In this document: piece by piece, positions 1 through 10,131 of the stretch
How positions within the stretch are numbered: the stretch's first letter is position 1
Layout of the letters: every line of letters begins with the position of its first letter
From: an uncultured Gemmatimonadota bacterium
GTDB taxonomy: Bacteria; SM23-81; DAOVCL01
Reading direction: 5' to 3'
NCBI GenBank assembly: GCA_964626665.1
Contig: CAZVGK010000008.1
Location: 1 to 64,000 of the forward strand
DNA length: 64,000 nt
Program-made: the position numbers and the translations under genes
The notes under the pieces: model-generated
Database searches by the model: none
Told to the model about the DNA's origin: nothing
What the model saw: only the letters and a program-made list of their open reading frames with translations

Positions 1-749
1 GAGGTGCTCAAATCGTAGAAGACAATGTTCAAGCTCTGGGGGTTTTTCTTTTTAATCTGGGTGAACAGATGCTGTTCTAAGTCTTCTTTCTTGCTCTCAA
101 TCTTAGGCAGTTCATGGTAGATCTTATCGTCATTGACCTTCCCCAGGTCAACCTTGAGAATATGATTCAGCGCGGTCTGCTTGACCCAATGGCTCGCATA
201 ACATTTGCTTCCCGGATCCAGACAGCGATTAAAGGTGAGGATTTTAGCGATCTCCAGAGTCCCCACCGATTTTGACCCGGAAGGGCCAAAGACCTGAGAA
301 AGTTGCCACTGCTCCCAATGGTGGTTTAAGACGGCCACATCCAGATACCCCCAATGATCAGAGAAGATGACATCCTCCAGCGAGAGGACGGCTTTCTTAT
401 CGGCTTGAGAGAGCTTCAGGGCCATCCGCATCTGCTCGGCTTCCTGATCAGAGAGGTAGCCAAGCCTATGGATAATTCGGATGTGAGTCTTTTTCCCCTC
501 CCGATAGGACTGAGCGATGCTGTAATACTTATATGTCTTGCTGTTGTGCTTCTTGGGTTGGGTCAAGAGATACATTGTGCCACCCCCTTATCGGTAGCAC
601 AATATATAAAATTATTAACCAAGAGTCAAGGCAAAAAAGGAGTTTTAGTAGAATCATTCGGTAGCACAGAAAATAAATAAATTAAAGCTATTTCCAATTT
701 TCTCAATAGTTTAACTAATATCTATAGCCGAAAATCTGCGGAAGCTGGG
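1..749 (-). mobile_element. IS1634-family insertion sequence, partial (runs off window start)
   Basis: Transposase ORF below; candidate terminus CCCAGCTTCCGCAGATTTT (minus strand) ending at 749; other end outside window. Confidence 0.6.
3..575 (-). CDS. IS1634-family DDE transposase, N-terminal part
   Basis: Manual translation MYLLTQPKKHNSKTYKYYSIAQSYREGKK...NRCLDPGSK...NIVFYDLSTS; SYREG, NRxxDPxSK and VFYDLS motifs; RBS AAGGGGG; not in ORF track because open at edge. Confidence 0.8.
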   Translation of the reverse strand, partial: MYLLTQPKKHNSKTYKYYSIAQSYREGKKTHIRIIHRLGYLSDQEAEQMRMALKLSQADKKAVLSLEDVIFSDHWGYLDVAVLNHHWEQWQLSQVFGPSGSKSVGTLEIAKILTFNRCLDPGSKCYASHWVKQTALNHILKVDLGKVNDDKIYHELPKIESKKEDLEQHLFTQIKKKNPQSLNIVFYDLST

Positions 750-817
750 ATGGAATGCATTTATTATGGCGTTCTTATCATGTCAACTTATTTTCTTACC
801 AGCGTCCCCTTTTATCT

Positions 818-1036
818 TTATGCGGTCAGCTTCTTGAACTCGGCAGGGATCTTGCTCAGGACGATCTCTTTGAGATCGATCTTGTGACTTGCATTGTCGA
901 TGTCAATCCCAGTGAGGTGACCCTCCGAATCATAGTCGAGGACTATGCCATCTGAAATCTCCCTGCTCTCCACGCTTGAGGTAGCGGACAGATCTATATA
1001 GAGCGAGTCGGTTTCGGGATAATAGTTGAGTTTCAT
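818..1036 (-). CDS. DUF2283-family putative antitoxin
   Basis: MKLNYYPETDSLYI...GIVLDYDSEGHLTGIDI signature; ATG overlaps stop of upstream toxin. Confidence 0.85.
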   Translation of the reverse strand: MKLNYYPETDSLYIDLSATSSVESREISDGIVLDYDSEGHLTGIDIDNASHKIDLKEIVLSKIPAEFKKLTA

Positions 1037-1446
1037 GGTTTGAACCTCCTATCCGGAAAAGCGTTATGGATCGTTACCTTGACATTTCGGGATTTCTAAG
1101 AAATGAAATTCCGAAATGTGGGGGTTGTTTGAAGGGGATATGCCCCCTTCAAGGGTGACAGCGGAGCAATCCGAGCTGGCGTAGGATTGCGGAGCGCCAT
1201 AGGGCCGGTGAGGCCCTCTGGAGAAGTTAGCGACCGTAAGGGAGCTAAGTTCTCTTCAACGGTGATAACTCTTAGGTAGCGTCCTTCTAATTCTTCAATT
1301 AGACCCCAAAAGCGGAAGCGATTGTGCTCCTGCGGTTCCACTCTGATCGGATCATCCAGAATATGTTCGCACCATTCCTTCTTCAGGTATGGACGCTTCC
1401 GCAAGACCTCGTTCTCGAAGTACTCAGTGTATCGGTACTTAGCCAT
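1033..1446 (-). pseudogene. DUF4258/BrnT-like putative toxin interrupted by a 171-bp element
   Basis: Removing 1082-1252 gives ...GRYLRVITVEDKVTIHNAFPDRRFKP* with ATGA overlap to the DUF2283 gene. Confidence 0.8.
1082..1252 (-). mobile_element. 171-bp non-autonomous element, GAACTTAG...GAAATGT, no target duplication
   Basis: Precise boundaries from restoration of the toxin frame; subterminal hairpins at both ends; abuts CAAG; relatives at 15100-15208 and 17913-18070. Confidence 0.75.
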
Positions 1447-1473
1447 AGGAATAATCTCAAATTATGGGATAAA

Positions 1474-1600
1474 ACACTGAATCACACCGAAACCACCGAA
1501 AAATTAGGCCACCCATTAAAATTTCATATCATTTCAGTGATTTTCGGTTTTTAATGAATGAAGTTGTTTATCCTGTTTATCCCGTCAATCCTGTCTAAAA
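1474..1600 (+). repeat. Right half of the recurring CACCGAA/ATCCTG short-repeat element
   Basis: cacaccgaaaccaccgaaaaatt...tttcagtgattttcggt...atcctgtttatcccgtcaatcctgtctaaaa; similar to 13075-13160 and 13980-14060. Confidence 0.65.
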
Positions 1601-1804
1601 AAGGATCTTCAGGATCAGGGGGGTTTTACCATATCGCCGGGGAGCAGTTAGAATAACACTCTGTCCATGGGTGACCAAATACTTGATCTCCTTTATCTCT
1701 CTCTGCCGACCAACAAATTCATCCCCGGTTATCGGAACACCTGTCACAAATCGCAAATATCCATCTAATTTCCTACAACACTTTCCAGCAAGAGCATTTA
1801 GCAT
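1595..1804 (-). pseudogene. N-terminal fragment of a P-loop (AAA/STAND-like) ATPase
   Basis: FVGRQREIKEI...VILTAPRRYGKT Walker A then abrupt stop at the repeat element. Confidence 0.7.
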
Positions 1805-1889
1805 AATCGAGTGATTTCAAGTAAAGCCCCATCTAATTGGCTATTGAGGTCTATTTTTTTCCGACAAACCCAATCAACTTTTTTTAAAT

Positions 1890-2816
1890 TCAGCTCGTTT
1901 TTCTTGGACTGGTCATCAAAATATAACTAAATATAGGCCCTAAGGTAAAGGTCCAAAATAACATTATCGAACGATTGAGGGCGGCAACCAATAATCCTTG
2001 TGCTGGAGTCATTTTAAATAATTGTGCAGAGAAGACAATGACAGCTTCAGTTATCCCTAATGAGCCAGGAGTTATACTTATTAACATAGATAAAGCTGTC
2101 AATGACGATATAAACAAAGACTGTGTTAATGAGATGTCAAGTGAAAATGCGTGGAAAACAAAGTAAATTATTAACAAGTTGAGCGAGGAGTTTAAGAGAG
2201 TTAATAAAAAAATTCGCAAAATAATCTTGGAATCTTTCCTTATTCTGTTCCAGCCCCCAAGGGTCCTGTTAATGACATTGAGAATTTTATTTTTATATGT
2301 TGGAAGCTGTGGCGAGAAAACAATGATTGTGAAAAAGATTAGAAAAATCAAAATAACGATAGCTAAGACAATTGGATTAAAAACTTGGTAGTTTACATAG
2401 ATAAGACCTATAGCAATAATCCCTGCCAAGGAGTTAACTAAAAAAATCATCACATAATTGGCTGCCAAAGTGCTTAGAAAAAGGGAATAAGGGAGTTTGT
2501 GTTTCTTCTTTAGATATATCGCCCTAACTCCAGCTCCTCCTCTAAAAGGCATCAGGTAATTTCCCATAGTTGTGACAATTGAAATGCCAAAATATTCTTT
2601 AAAAGCTAACTTTATCCCAAATGTTAAGACTACAACTTTTGTGAACAATCCTCTTACAAAAATGACGGCAAGCCCAACAATCAACAAAATCAGAGTGTAA
2701 CCTATAGATAGTTGTGTTATATTTTTAAATTCGTCAATGTGTCTATTTACATAAAAAATGGCCCATGCAATCAACAGAACCGCAATAATTAGAGAGACAT
2801 ATTTTCTCAATCTCAT
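1890..2816 (-). CDS. Lysylphosphatidylglycerol synthase-TM/flippase-like membrane protein
   Basis: Multi-TM; GNYLMPFRGG and ISITPGSLGITEA motifs. Confidence 0.8.
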   Translation of the reverse strand: MRLRKYVSLIIAVLLIAWAIFYVNRHIDEFKNITQLSIGYTLILLIVGLAVIFVRGLFTKVVVLTFGIKLAFKEYFGISIVTTMGNYLMPFRGGAGVRAIYLKKKHKLPYSLFLSTLAANYVMIFLVNSLAGIIAIGLIYVNYQVFNPIVLAIVILIFLIFFTIIVFSPQLPTYKNKILNVINRTLGGWNRIRKDSKIILRIFLLTLLNSSLNLLIIYFVFHAFSLDISLTQSLFISSLTALSMLISITPGSLGITEAVIVFSAQLFKMTPAQGLLVAALNRSIMLFWTFTLGPIFSYILMTSPRKTS

Positions 2817-2900
2817 TTGACTTCCATTTGAAGAAAAGCTATTCTATCACCCCTATTTCCGGTTCCCTCCAAAAGCTCCTTCTTGCTTGATCTAAAATTT

Positions 2901-3611
2901 TTACTGACGAATCGTTTTCCAATATGTTAATACACGCAAGGATTTGGGCCAAATTTTTTCTAATTTGTCAAAAAAATTCAGTAAAACTTTAGGGAAATAC
3001 CTATATGTACGAGTGGGAAGTACATATCTATACTCTACGGCTGTTACTTCTAAATCTAATGAGTTTAAAATACGATGCACCTCTTGCGGCCGTGCAAACC
3101 AAAGCCTACTCCCTGGTTTCCGCCTCAACATTCGCAACAAAATATCAATGGAATACCTTGTTGAATACTTGTTCAGAGAGTCGAAAACAAATACTCCATC
3201 TTTGCGTAAAACTCTTTTTATCTCTCTAATTATATCATTGGGCTTATTATAATGAAATATTAAACGCATAGTAAGAACATCATCGAAAATATTTTCTTTA
3301 AAGGGGAGATTAAAAGCATCACATCTAATAAGAGTTGATTTCACTCGCTTTTTTGCGGTTTTCAGCATATTAACTGAATAATCCGCGCCTATTACCTTAT
3401 TCCCTGTGTTTTCAAGGAACTTCGTAAACCTACCGGTTCCGCAAGGAAGATCCAGCATCACTTCCCCTTTTGCATGGAGAAAATTACTCACAATTTGTCT
3501 GTCTATATTGAGAGCATAAGAACCCATTTCCTTCTCATAATCCTCTGTGTCCTGCTTCTTCTGCCAAAGTTCTTTTTTGCCTCTAATCCACTCAAATTTA
3601 TTATTCTTCAT
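2901..3611 (-). CDS. Class I SAM-dependent methyltransferase
   Basis: MLDLPCGTGR, DYSVNML, DAFNLPFKENIFD. Confidence 0.85.
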   Translation of the reverse strand: MKNNKFEWIRGKKELWQKKQDTEDYEKEMGSYALNIDRQIVSNFLHAKGEVMLDLPCGTGRFTKFLENTGNKVIGADYSVNMLKTAKKRVKSTLIRCDAFNLPFKENIFDDVLTMRLIFHYNKPNDIIREIKRVLRKDGVFVFDSLNKYSTRYSIDILLRMLRRKPGSRLWFARPQEVHRILNSLDLEVTAVEYRYVLPTRTYRYFPKVLLNFFDKLEKIWPKSLRVLTYWKTIRQ

Positions 3612-4759
3612 AGATTTTCTTCGTATAATTTAAGATACCTCTTTACAATTACATCGCTATTATATTTCTCTATAAATTCTTTCCTCTCGTTTTTTGATAT
3701 TCGTTCACAAAGTTGGGAATCATCTAGCAGTCTCTGAATTGCAGAAGCTAACCGTTTAACATTTTGTGGTGGAACCAACAAACCTGTCTGATTATCTTTT
3801 ACCATTTCTGAAATGCCTCCAACATCGGTAGACACAACTGGAACTCCCATTGCAAATGCTTCGATCATCACCAAGGGGAAATGGGCAATAGAGTCGTGGA
3901 TATAGGGCAATACTATCATATCTGAGACAGCAAGAAATTTTCTTACATCAACTTTCCCAAAAATTTTCACTCTATCCTTAAGATTAAGTTTCTTTATAAG
4001 GCCGAAAACTTTTTTACTTTCGGCTCCCTTTCCACTCCATGCAAGAGCCAGGGTTACATCACTACTATTTTTAACTATTACTTGCCCAAAAGCAGCGATT
4101 AAATCTGGTACTCCCTTCATTGGAGAAAAATGCCCCAAATATGAAATGACTTTTCTTCCTTTTAATTCAAATTTTTCTTTTGCTTTATCTCTATCGTATG
4201 GTTCGAATTTCCGAGGATTTATCCCAAATGGAATAACCTCCAACTTGTCTTGTGGCACCCCAAGCGAAAGCAACTGCTTTCGCTGAAATTCTGTACTCAC
4301 AATATATTTCCTACATTTAAAGGAAGAGAATTTAGTCCAAATTCTATTTTTTGCCAAACAGTGAAGTAAATATTGTTTGCTAATATTCCCTTCTAAAAGC
4401 GCCAGTAGCTTCTGCGCAGGAGTAGCGATAGTTACAAATGTATTTTTATTTAAAGTGGAAATTATGTCATCAAACAAAGAAAAAGCTGGATTATTTTCAA
4501 GGATATGAATTATATCATAATCTTTTGACATTTTCTTAATATTTCTTATGTATGATGAAATTCTTTTGAAATACCCAAGGTGTGTTGACATTAAAAAATT
4601 CACAACTCTATATGGTCGATTTTCAATATACCTCATCGGAGCAAGTATAGTGGTATCAACTCCTAAATCGCAAAAAGACATTGCTATTGAATCAAGAAGG
4701 CAACCAACTCCTTCAGTGTCTATCGATCTTAGAAAAAAGGTCGGCATTAACAATCGCAT
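3608..4759 (-). CDS. Glycosyltransferase family 4
   Basis: KGVPDLIAAF, FPLVMIEAFAMGVPVVSTDVGGISE. Confidence 0.9.
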   Translation of the reverse strand: MRLLMPTFFLRSIDTEGVGCLLDSIAMSFCDLGVDTTILAPMRYIENRPYRVVNFLMSTHLGYFKRISSYIRNIKKMSKDYDIIHILENNPAFSLFDDIISTLNKNTFVTIATPAQKLLALLEGNISKQYLLHCLAKNRIWTKFSSFKCRKYIVSTEFQRKQLLSLGVPQDKLEVIPFGINPRKFEPYDRDKAKEKFELKGRKVISYLGHFSPMKGVPDLIAAFGQVIVKNSSDVTLALAWSGKGAESKKVFGLIKKLNLKDRVKIFGKVDVRKFLAVSDMIVLPYIHDSIAHFPLVMIEAFAMGVPVVSTDVGGISEMVKDNQTGLLVPPQNVKRLASAIQRLLDDSQLCERISKNERKEFIEKYNSDVIVKRYLKLYEENL

Positions 4760-4963
4760 TTAAGAATTCTCCATATTCTATAGAGTAGTCCGATAACTCA
4801 AATTCTTGAGGTGCCTCAAAACCGACGTCATCGGACAACCAATGATTATATCTGGATAGCTCAATGAAATGGCGGAAGTGTAAAAATTTTTCCACTTTCT
4901 CACAATCGTTTGTCCTGAAAAAAACTGTGGAAAGAAACAATTTGAGAAGTGGCTTCTTTATTT

Positions 4964-5596
4964 TCACTTAGTCTTCTCACAAAGAAGCATCGTCCAGGTA
5001 ATCGGAACCTTCATTTTTATCACACGGAAATATTCCTTTGCTATTGCATTGAATCCAAAAGTAGTCCAATGTTGAATATGGTCAGGAGTATTTCCTAAAT
5101 TCTTCCAATATTTAAATCTTATCATATTACCCACCCGCCAAAGAGGCTCATTGGGAACAGAAACTATTATAAATTTTTTGGACACTCTGTCGAGTTCAAG
5201 AAAGGCTGCTTCTGGGTCTTGAAGATGTTCTAAGACCTCCGTGCACAAAACTAATTCATAAGAATTTGCCTTGAATGGCAATTCATATATCGTGCCTTGA
5301 TAGACTTTTGTCTCTGGATTCATCTTCTTAGCTATTTTCAAGGATTCTAGATGTATCTCTACACCTTCAACCTTAACTTCGGGTATGTTATCAAGGAGGT
5401 AACGCATAGTAACCCCCTCTCCACACCCTACATCTAAGATCGATCTCGGTTTTACTCCTTTAATAAGAGAGTGTATCGTGCGATGAAATCTATGGTTTAA
5501 ATATCTTTCTATTGGATTTCTGCTTATATACTTGGTTTGGAATCTGACCAAATCTTTAGCCAAGTGCCCTCCATTCAAGAATAAGGTATCAACCAT
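4964..5596 (-). CDS. Class I SAM-dependent methyltransferase
   Basis: ILDVGCGEG, EVLEHL, SVPNEP. Confidence 0.85.
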   Translation of the reverse strand: MVDTLFLNGGHLAKDLVRFQTKYISRNPIERYLNHRFHRTIHSLIKGVKPRSILDVGCGEGVTMRYLLDNIPEVKVEGVEIHLESLKIAKKMNPETKVYQGTIYELPFKANSYELVLCTEVLEHLQDPEAAFLELDRVSKKFIIVSVPNEPLWRVGNMIRFKYWKNLGNTPDHIQHWTTFGFNAIAKEYFRVIKMKVPITWTMLLCEKTK

Positions 5597-5681
5597 ATCG
5601 CTCAGGACGCAAGAAGCATTTAGGGACCCTGAGCAACTACTTCAAGCTGAAGTATATTGTTTCACACTGAGACAACCTCTG

Positions 5682-6548
5682 TTATTCCTCACTCCTTTCC
5701 ATCCTCAACAAAGCTACCTGTTCAGCAATTAGTCCCATTAAAAATACAAGGACTCCCGTAACTAATAACAACATACTCATATTGGTAAAACGATGCCAGA
5801 AAATCAGCATATACAAACTATATACTAATCCAGTAAAAAAGATAACTGAGCTTATCGGGAAGAAAACCCTGAAAGGGGAAAACAGGGTAGCGATTTTCAA
5901 CATTATTAAAAAAAATCTCACTCCATCCTTAAAAAGACTTATCTTACTTTTACCACTTCTTTTAAATGCCTTTATGGGCACATACTTAACACTATATCCC
6001 GCTTTTATCAAAGCGAGGGTGCTAGTGGTGGGATACGAAAATGTGTTGGGAAAAAGATACAAAAACCTCATAGCTACATCGCGTTTAACGGCTCTGAAAC
6101 CAGAAGTTAAATCCATAATTTTCACATGGGTCAGGTAAGTCGCAAAAAGGTTATATATCTTATTTGCTATGTTTCTATGAAATGAAGCTTGCGACCTATC
6201 TATCCTGGCTCCCACTACCATATCATAATCATTCATTGCCTCCAATAGTCTCGGTATATCTTCCGGATTGTGTTGCCCGTCTCCATCCATTAAAACAATG
6301 ATATCACCTTTAGCATTTCTTATGCCTGTTTTAATCGCAGCCCCATTGCCCTTGTTGTAGGGGTGTTTGATAACAATAGCTCCAGCATCTTCCGCCTTCT
6401 TTGCGGTTTCATCGGAAGATCCATCATCTACCACAATTATTTCTGCCTTGTCCCTCATAGTTTCTTTGATTCCAGCTACAATGTCTCCGATTATATTCTC
6501 CTCATTGAAAGCTGGAACTACAACGCATATTGATTTGCCTTTGCCCAA
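5682..6548 (-). CDS. Glycosyltransferase family 2 (polyprenol-phosphate glycosyltransferase type)
   Basis: VVPAFNEE, VVDDGSSD, DGDGQH, two C-terminal TM helices. Confidence 0.9.
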   Translation of the reverse strand: MGKGKSICVVVPAFNEENIIGDIVAGIKETMRDKAEIIVVDDGSSDETAKKAEDAGAIVIKHPYNKGNGAAIKTGIRNAKGDIIVLMDGDGQHNPEDIPRLLEAMNDYDMVVGARIDRSQASFHRNIANKIYNLFATYLTHVKIMDLTSGFRAVKRDVAMRFLYLFPNTFSYPTTSTLALIKAGYSVKYVPIKAFKRSGKSKISLFKDGVRFFLIMLKIATLFSPFRVFFPISSVIFFTGLVYSLYMLIFWHRFTNMSMLLLVTGVLVFLMGLIAEQVALLRMERSEE

Positions 6549-6889
6549 CTTACCTCCACTTCAAATTCTGGAATCGAAAAACTACTTCCTAAGCTAAACC
6601 GATATCTAGGCTAAAAGGTTTTGCAAAATACAGAGGGTTTTCCATCCGTGCCGATAAACAAGCCCCTCGTCAATCTTGGTGTAAGAAAACAGCCCCTTAA
6701 CACCTTCCATTATTAGTTCTTCCCTAACATAATCATTTTCCCAGCCCCTTTCAGGAGGGAAGTGTTTAGCTCCAACTAAAATTCATCGGAGTGGTCAGAT
6801 CACTGGACCTGTCTTAACATTCACGAAATTGAGATTTCCCTTAAGTGAACCTCAGCTCCTCTAGAAAGGGGATTTGACCAATTCGACAT

Positions 6890-7813
6890 TTAGCGAGCAA
6901 TATTTTCACGCCACCAATCCAGCAACCGTTTCAATGTTTCTCCCATAGGAACTTTGGGCTCCCATCCCAAAAGCCGCAGTTTACTGCTATCGCCACAGAT
7001 GTAAGGAATATCGGTTTCTCGTAGAAGCGCCGGATCCTCCTCCACCGAAATATCCTTTTGGCTATTCCCCAGGAGTGTTTGTAAAAGATCAGCCAAGCTG
7101 TAAGCCACACCAGAGGCGATATTGTAGACTTCCCCCTCCTTCCCCTTCTCTGCCAAAAGCAGATAAGCGGCGATCACATCTGATACATCCACATAATCCC
7201 TCTTCACCCGTAGGTTCCCCACTTTCAAACGAGGGGATAGCAACCCTCTCTCGATCAAAGCGATCTGCCGGGCAAAGCTGGGAAGAGCAAACTTAGAGGA
7301 TTGGCCTGGTCCGGTATGACTAAACGGCCTTACCCTGATGATCTGCAATCCATACGCTTTCCCAAATCCCAAGGCAAGCATCTCCGCTGCGGCTTTGCTA
7401 GCCGCATAAGGGCTTTGGGGGCTAAGGGGGTCATTCTCCTCTAAGGGTTTTTTCTTGAACCCGTAGACCTCTGCAGAGGAGACGAGCATGATCTTGACCT
7501 TTGGTGAAAACTTTCTTGCCGCCTCTAAAAGGTTAAAGATTCCATGGACATTTACCGAGAAGGTCAACTGGGGTTCTATGAAGGAAATACCAGCAGAGCT
7601 TTGAGCTGCCAGGTGAAAAATTAAATCCGGTTTGACTCTCCGTATCGCTCCCTCAACTTGCCCGCTATCCCTTATATCTACCTGTAAAAGACCAATCCCC
7701 AGTTCATTCAGATCTGCAGTCTCCTGATAGTAAAGACCAAATACTTTCCTTCCCTTTAGGGCCCTGGCCAAGTATCTCCCCACAAAACCTTCAACCCCAA
7801 TGATAAGGATCAT
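6890..7813 (-). CDS. NDP-sugar SDR, GDP-4-keto-6-deoxymannose reductase/GDP-mannose dehydratase-like
   Basis: GVEGFVG, HLAAQS, YAASK, GNLRVKRDYVDV; likely ATG at 7813. Confidence 0.8.
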   Translation of the reverse strand: MILIIGVEGFVGRYLARALKGRKVFGLYYQETADLNELGIGLLQVDIRDSGQVEGAIRRVKPDLIFHLAAQSSAGISFIEPQLTFSVNVHGIFNLLEAARKFSPKVKIMLVSSAEVYGFKKKPLEENDPLSPQSPYAASKAAAEMLALGFGKAYGLQIIRVRPFSHTGPGQSSKFALPSFARQIALIERGLLSPRLKVGNLRVKRDYVDVSDVIAAYLLLAEKGKEGEVYNIASGVAYSLADLLQTLLGNSQKDISVEEDPALLRETDIPYICGDSSKLRLLGWEPKVPMGETLKRLLDWWRENIAR

Positions 7814-8766
7814 TAGATCTTCTCCCCCCAAAACTCCAAGAGATCTTGCAAAGTTTTCCGGAAAGGTATCTCTGGTTGCCAACCAGTCAATTTGTGGAAT
7901 TTCCCAGCATCTCCCACCAAACGGGGGACATCTGAAGGACGGAGCCTAGTTGGTTGCACTTTCATTTTAAAATCTATCCCAGAAAGATCTCGTAAAAGGT
8001 CAAGAACCTTCCTTATCTTTCTCCCTCTACCGCTGGCAATGTTGTATACCTCCCCTGGCTTCCCCTTATCCAGCGCCAACCAATATCCTACCACCACATC
8101 CCGGACATCTGTAAAATCGCGCACTACATCCAGGTTCCCTACCTCCATCAGTGGTTCCTTCTTGCCTTCCCGGATCTCAACAATCTGCTTGGCGAAATCC
8201 GAACAGACAAAATCGGCTGGGCGGCGGGGGCCAGTATGGTTAAAGGCTCTGGTGCGGATTATAGGAAGACCATAACTTTGGAAATATTGAAACCCCAAGA
8301 GATCTTGCCCTACCTTGCTTACCCCATAGGGGCTGAGAGGAGAAAGTAAGGTTGTCTCCCTTATGGGCAAATCCTCCTCAGTGACCAGACCATATTCCTC
8401 ACTTGAGCCAGCAATCTGGATGCGCGGTTTTATCCCTACTTTCTTTACAGCTTCGAAGAGGTTCACTTCCCCCACTATGTTGGTCACCAAGGTTTCGCTA
8501 GGAGAAAGCCAAGAGGTGGGAACAAAACTCTGGGCGGCTAGATGAAATATCCAATCTGGTTTAACCCTTTCCACCGCGCCTAACACCGAGGAGGAATCCC
8601 TCAGATCACACTCAACAAATTCTATTCTTCCTTTGAGATGCTTCACATTATCCATTGGCGACCTCCATCTGAAGGTCCCCCAGACTTCCACTCCATCCTT
8701 TTCCAAAGCAAGATCTGCCAAATGACTACCGGCAAACCCCGTAATTCCTGTAATCAATATCCTCAT
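7813..8766 (-). CDS. GDP-mannose 4,6-dehydratase-like SDR
   Basis: TGITGFAGSHL, HLAAQSFV, SSEEYG, YGVSK, FNHTGPRR. Confidence 0.85.
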   Translation of the reverse strand: MRILITGITGFAGSHLADLALEKDGVEVWGTFRWRSPMDNVKHLKGRIEFVECDLRDSSSVLGAVERVKPDWIFHLAAQSFVPTSWLSPSETLVTNIVGEVNLFEAVKKVGIKPRIQIAGSSEEYGLVTEEDLPIRETTLLSPLSPYGVSKVGQDLLGFQYFQSYGLPIIRTRAFNHTGPRRPADFVCSDFAKQIVEIREGKKEPLMEVGNLDVVRDFTDVRDVVVGYWLALDKGKPGEVYNIASGRGRKIRKVLDLLRDLSGIDFKMKVQPTRLRPSDVPRLVGDAGKFHKLTGWQPEIPFRKTLQDLLEFWGEKI

Positions 8767-9033
8767 CTCTCCTCCTTAAGCGTTTTCGAGGGGAGAATAC
8801 CCTCTTTGCTCCAATCACCCCTTTTGGGTTTATTACAGTCAAACACACTTGAACCCTAACATACTACTGGGAGAACTAAAGAGATTGCATCTCTGATGCC
8901 CCCGAGACAAGAAAGAAACTGAGGAATTTCATGGTTCCTCCTCAAGTGATGTGCAAACAATAATGTGCTCCCAGTAGTAATTCCCGTAGAATGCAACCAT
9001 GTTGGAGATGATTCCAAAACAGGGAAACCATAA

Positions 9034-9530
9034 TCACCGGATTAGAACCGTCTTCTTGGTGGATTTGAAAGCGCCTGCTTCCATCCTGGAGAAGTAAATC
9101 CCACTGCCTACTTGCCTCTCTCTCTCGTCCTTTCCATCCCAAATAGCATAATAATAACCGGCCCTCTTCCTCTCGTTAACCAATACCCTCACCCTCTGGC
9201 CAAGGACATTACAGATATTAAGCCTCACCTCACAACCCTTGGGCAAAGAATAGCTTATCTTAGTAAAAGGATTAAAGGGATTAGGATAGTTCTGGGAAAG
9301 GGGAAAGGTCTTAGGCTGAGCTATCTGCCTATTTCCCCTCACACCCACCAAGCAACTTCCTTCAATAGCAGTATAAAATTTATTGGCCATAACCGAATAG
9401 AAGGTATCTACAACTCCACTGGGCCAGGAAATCTGGATGTCGTATGCCATATCTGGGTCAACACCGAAATGGCAATCCAATGCACTCATTGATAGTGTCC
9501 CAGATCCAGCCGAAACTTCTCTAAACCCCT
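9034..9530 (-). pseudogene. 3' fragment of an ASPIC/UnbV-domain secreted protein with FlgD-Ig/T9SS-type C-terminal domain
   Basis: Frame extends to FREVSAGSGTLSMSALDCHFG...ISWPSG (ASPIC/UnbV) then LSQNYPNPFN; 5' part missing at the GAAC element (9531). Confidence 0.7.
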
Positions 9531-9630
9531 GAACTTAACCGCCTGCGGCGGGACTTTTCTAACAGGATAACAGGATTTTTAACCCAATCCCTCCAAGAAA
9601 ACTCCGAACGACACCGAAATCACCGAAATA
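9531..9630 (+). repeat. GAACTTA-hairpin-CAGGAT repeat element, copy A
   Basis: gaacttaaccgcctgcggcgggacttttctaacaggataacaggatttttaacccaatccctccaagaaaactcc. Confidence 0.8.
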
Positions 9631-9698
9631 GAACTCATGACAATATGTCAGTGGACACTATAACTAATCGAGGATAACCTTTTGGCTTTTCAGGGAAG

Positions 9699-10106
9699 TT
9701 ATTCTCTTTCATCTTCTGCAATATTTTTTCCACCAGATTTTATCCTATACTTTGAAGCTCCAACACTTCGCACTTCAGCAAGGCTCCAATTTAGAAGTGA
9801 GGTGATCAACTCATTAATGCTCACTTCCTTCCGCTCCGCTTCTTTTATCAAGGCCCGGTGTAAATCCTTTGGAAACCGCACGGCAAGCTCTTCTGTGTAA
9901 AAGCTCCTGGGTTCTGGAATAGGAAGATCATCTTCGGCAAAAATTTCCAAGTAGCCAGCGATAGCCTCTTTGGCCATTTGTAATGCTTCTTCGGGAGATG
10001 CTCCGCCAGTAAAAATGCTGGGGATGTCGGGCACCCTACCACAAAACCAAGTCGGATCTTCCTGGTCGGGAAAGATATCGACTTCATACTATCCCACATT
10101 ACTCAT
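9699..10106 (-). pseudogene. hicB: HicB-family antitoxin with in-frame TAG at codon 6
   Basis: MSNVG*YEVDIF...VPDIPSIFTGGASPEEALQMAKEAI...VRFPKDLHRAL (RHH); RBS GGAGAG; no adjacent hicA. Confidence 0.7.
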
Positions 10107-10131
10107 CTTTGTTTCTCTCCTTCTATACCTT

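Noticed and set aside
354-680. Plus-strand 108-aa ORF
   Set aside because: Antisense shadow of the IS1634 transposase; most short overlapping ORFs in the track were rejected on the same grounds
4713-4967. 84-aa ORF between methyltransferase and GT4
   Set aside because: Possible gene remnant but no identifiable motif
10089-10091. Stop-codon recoding (pyrrolysine or alternative code)
   Set aside because: TAG terminates conserved genes in this window (e.g. ribH, phosphoesterase, aspS region genes use standard stops); single isolated case in a decaying region
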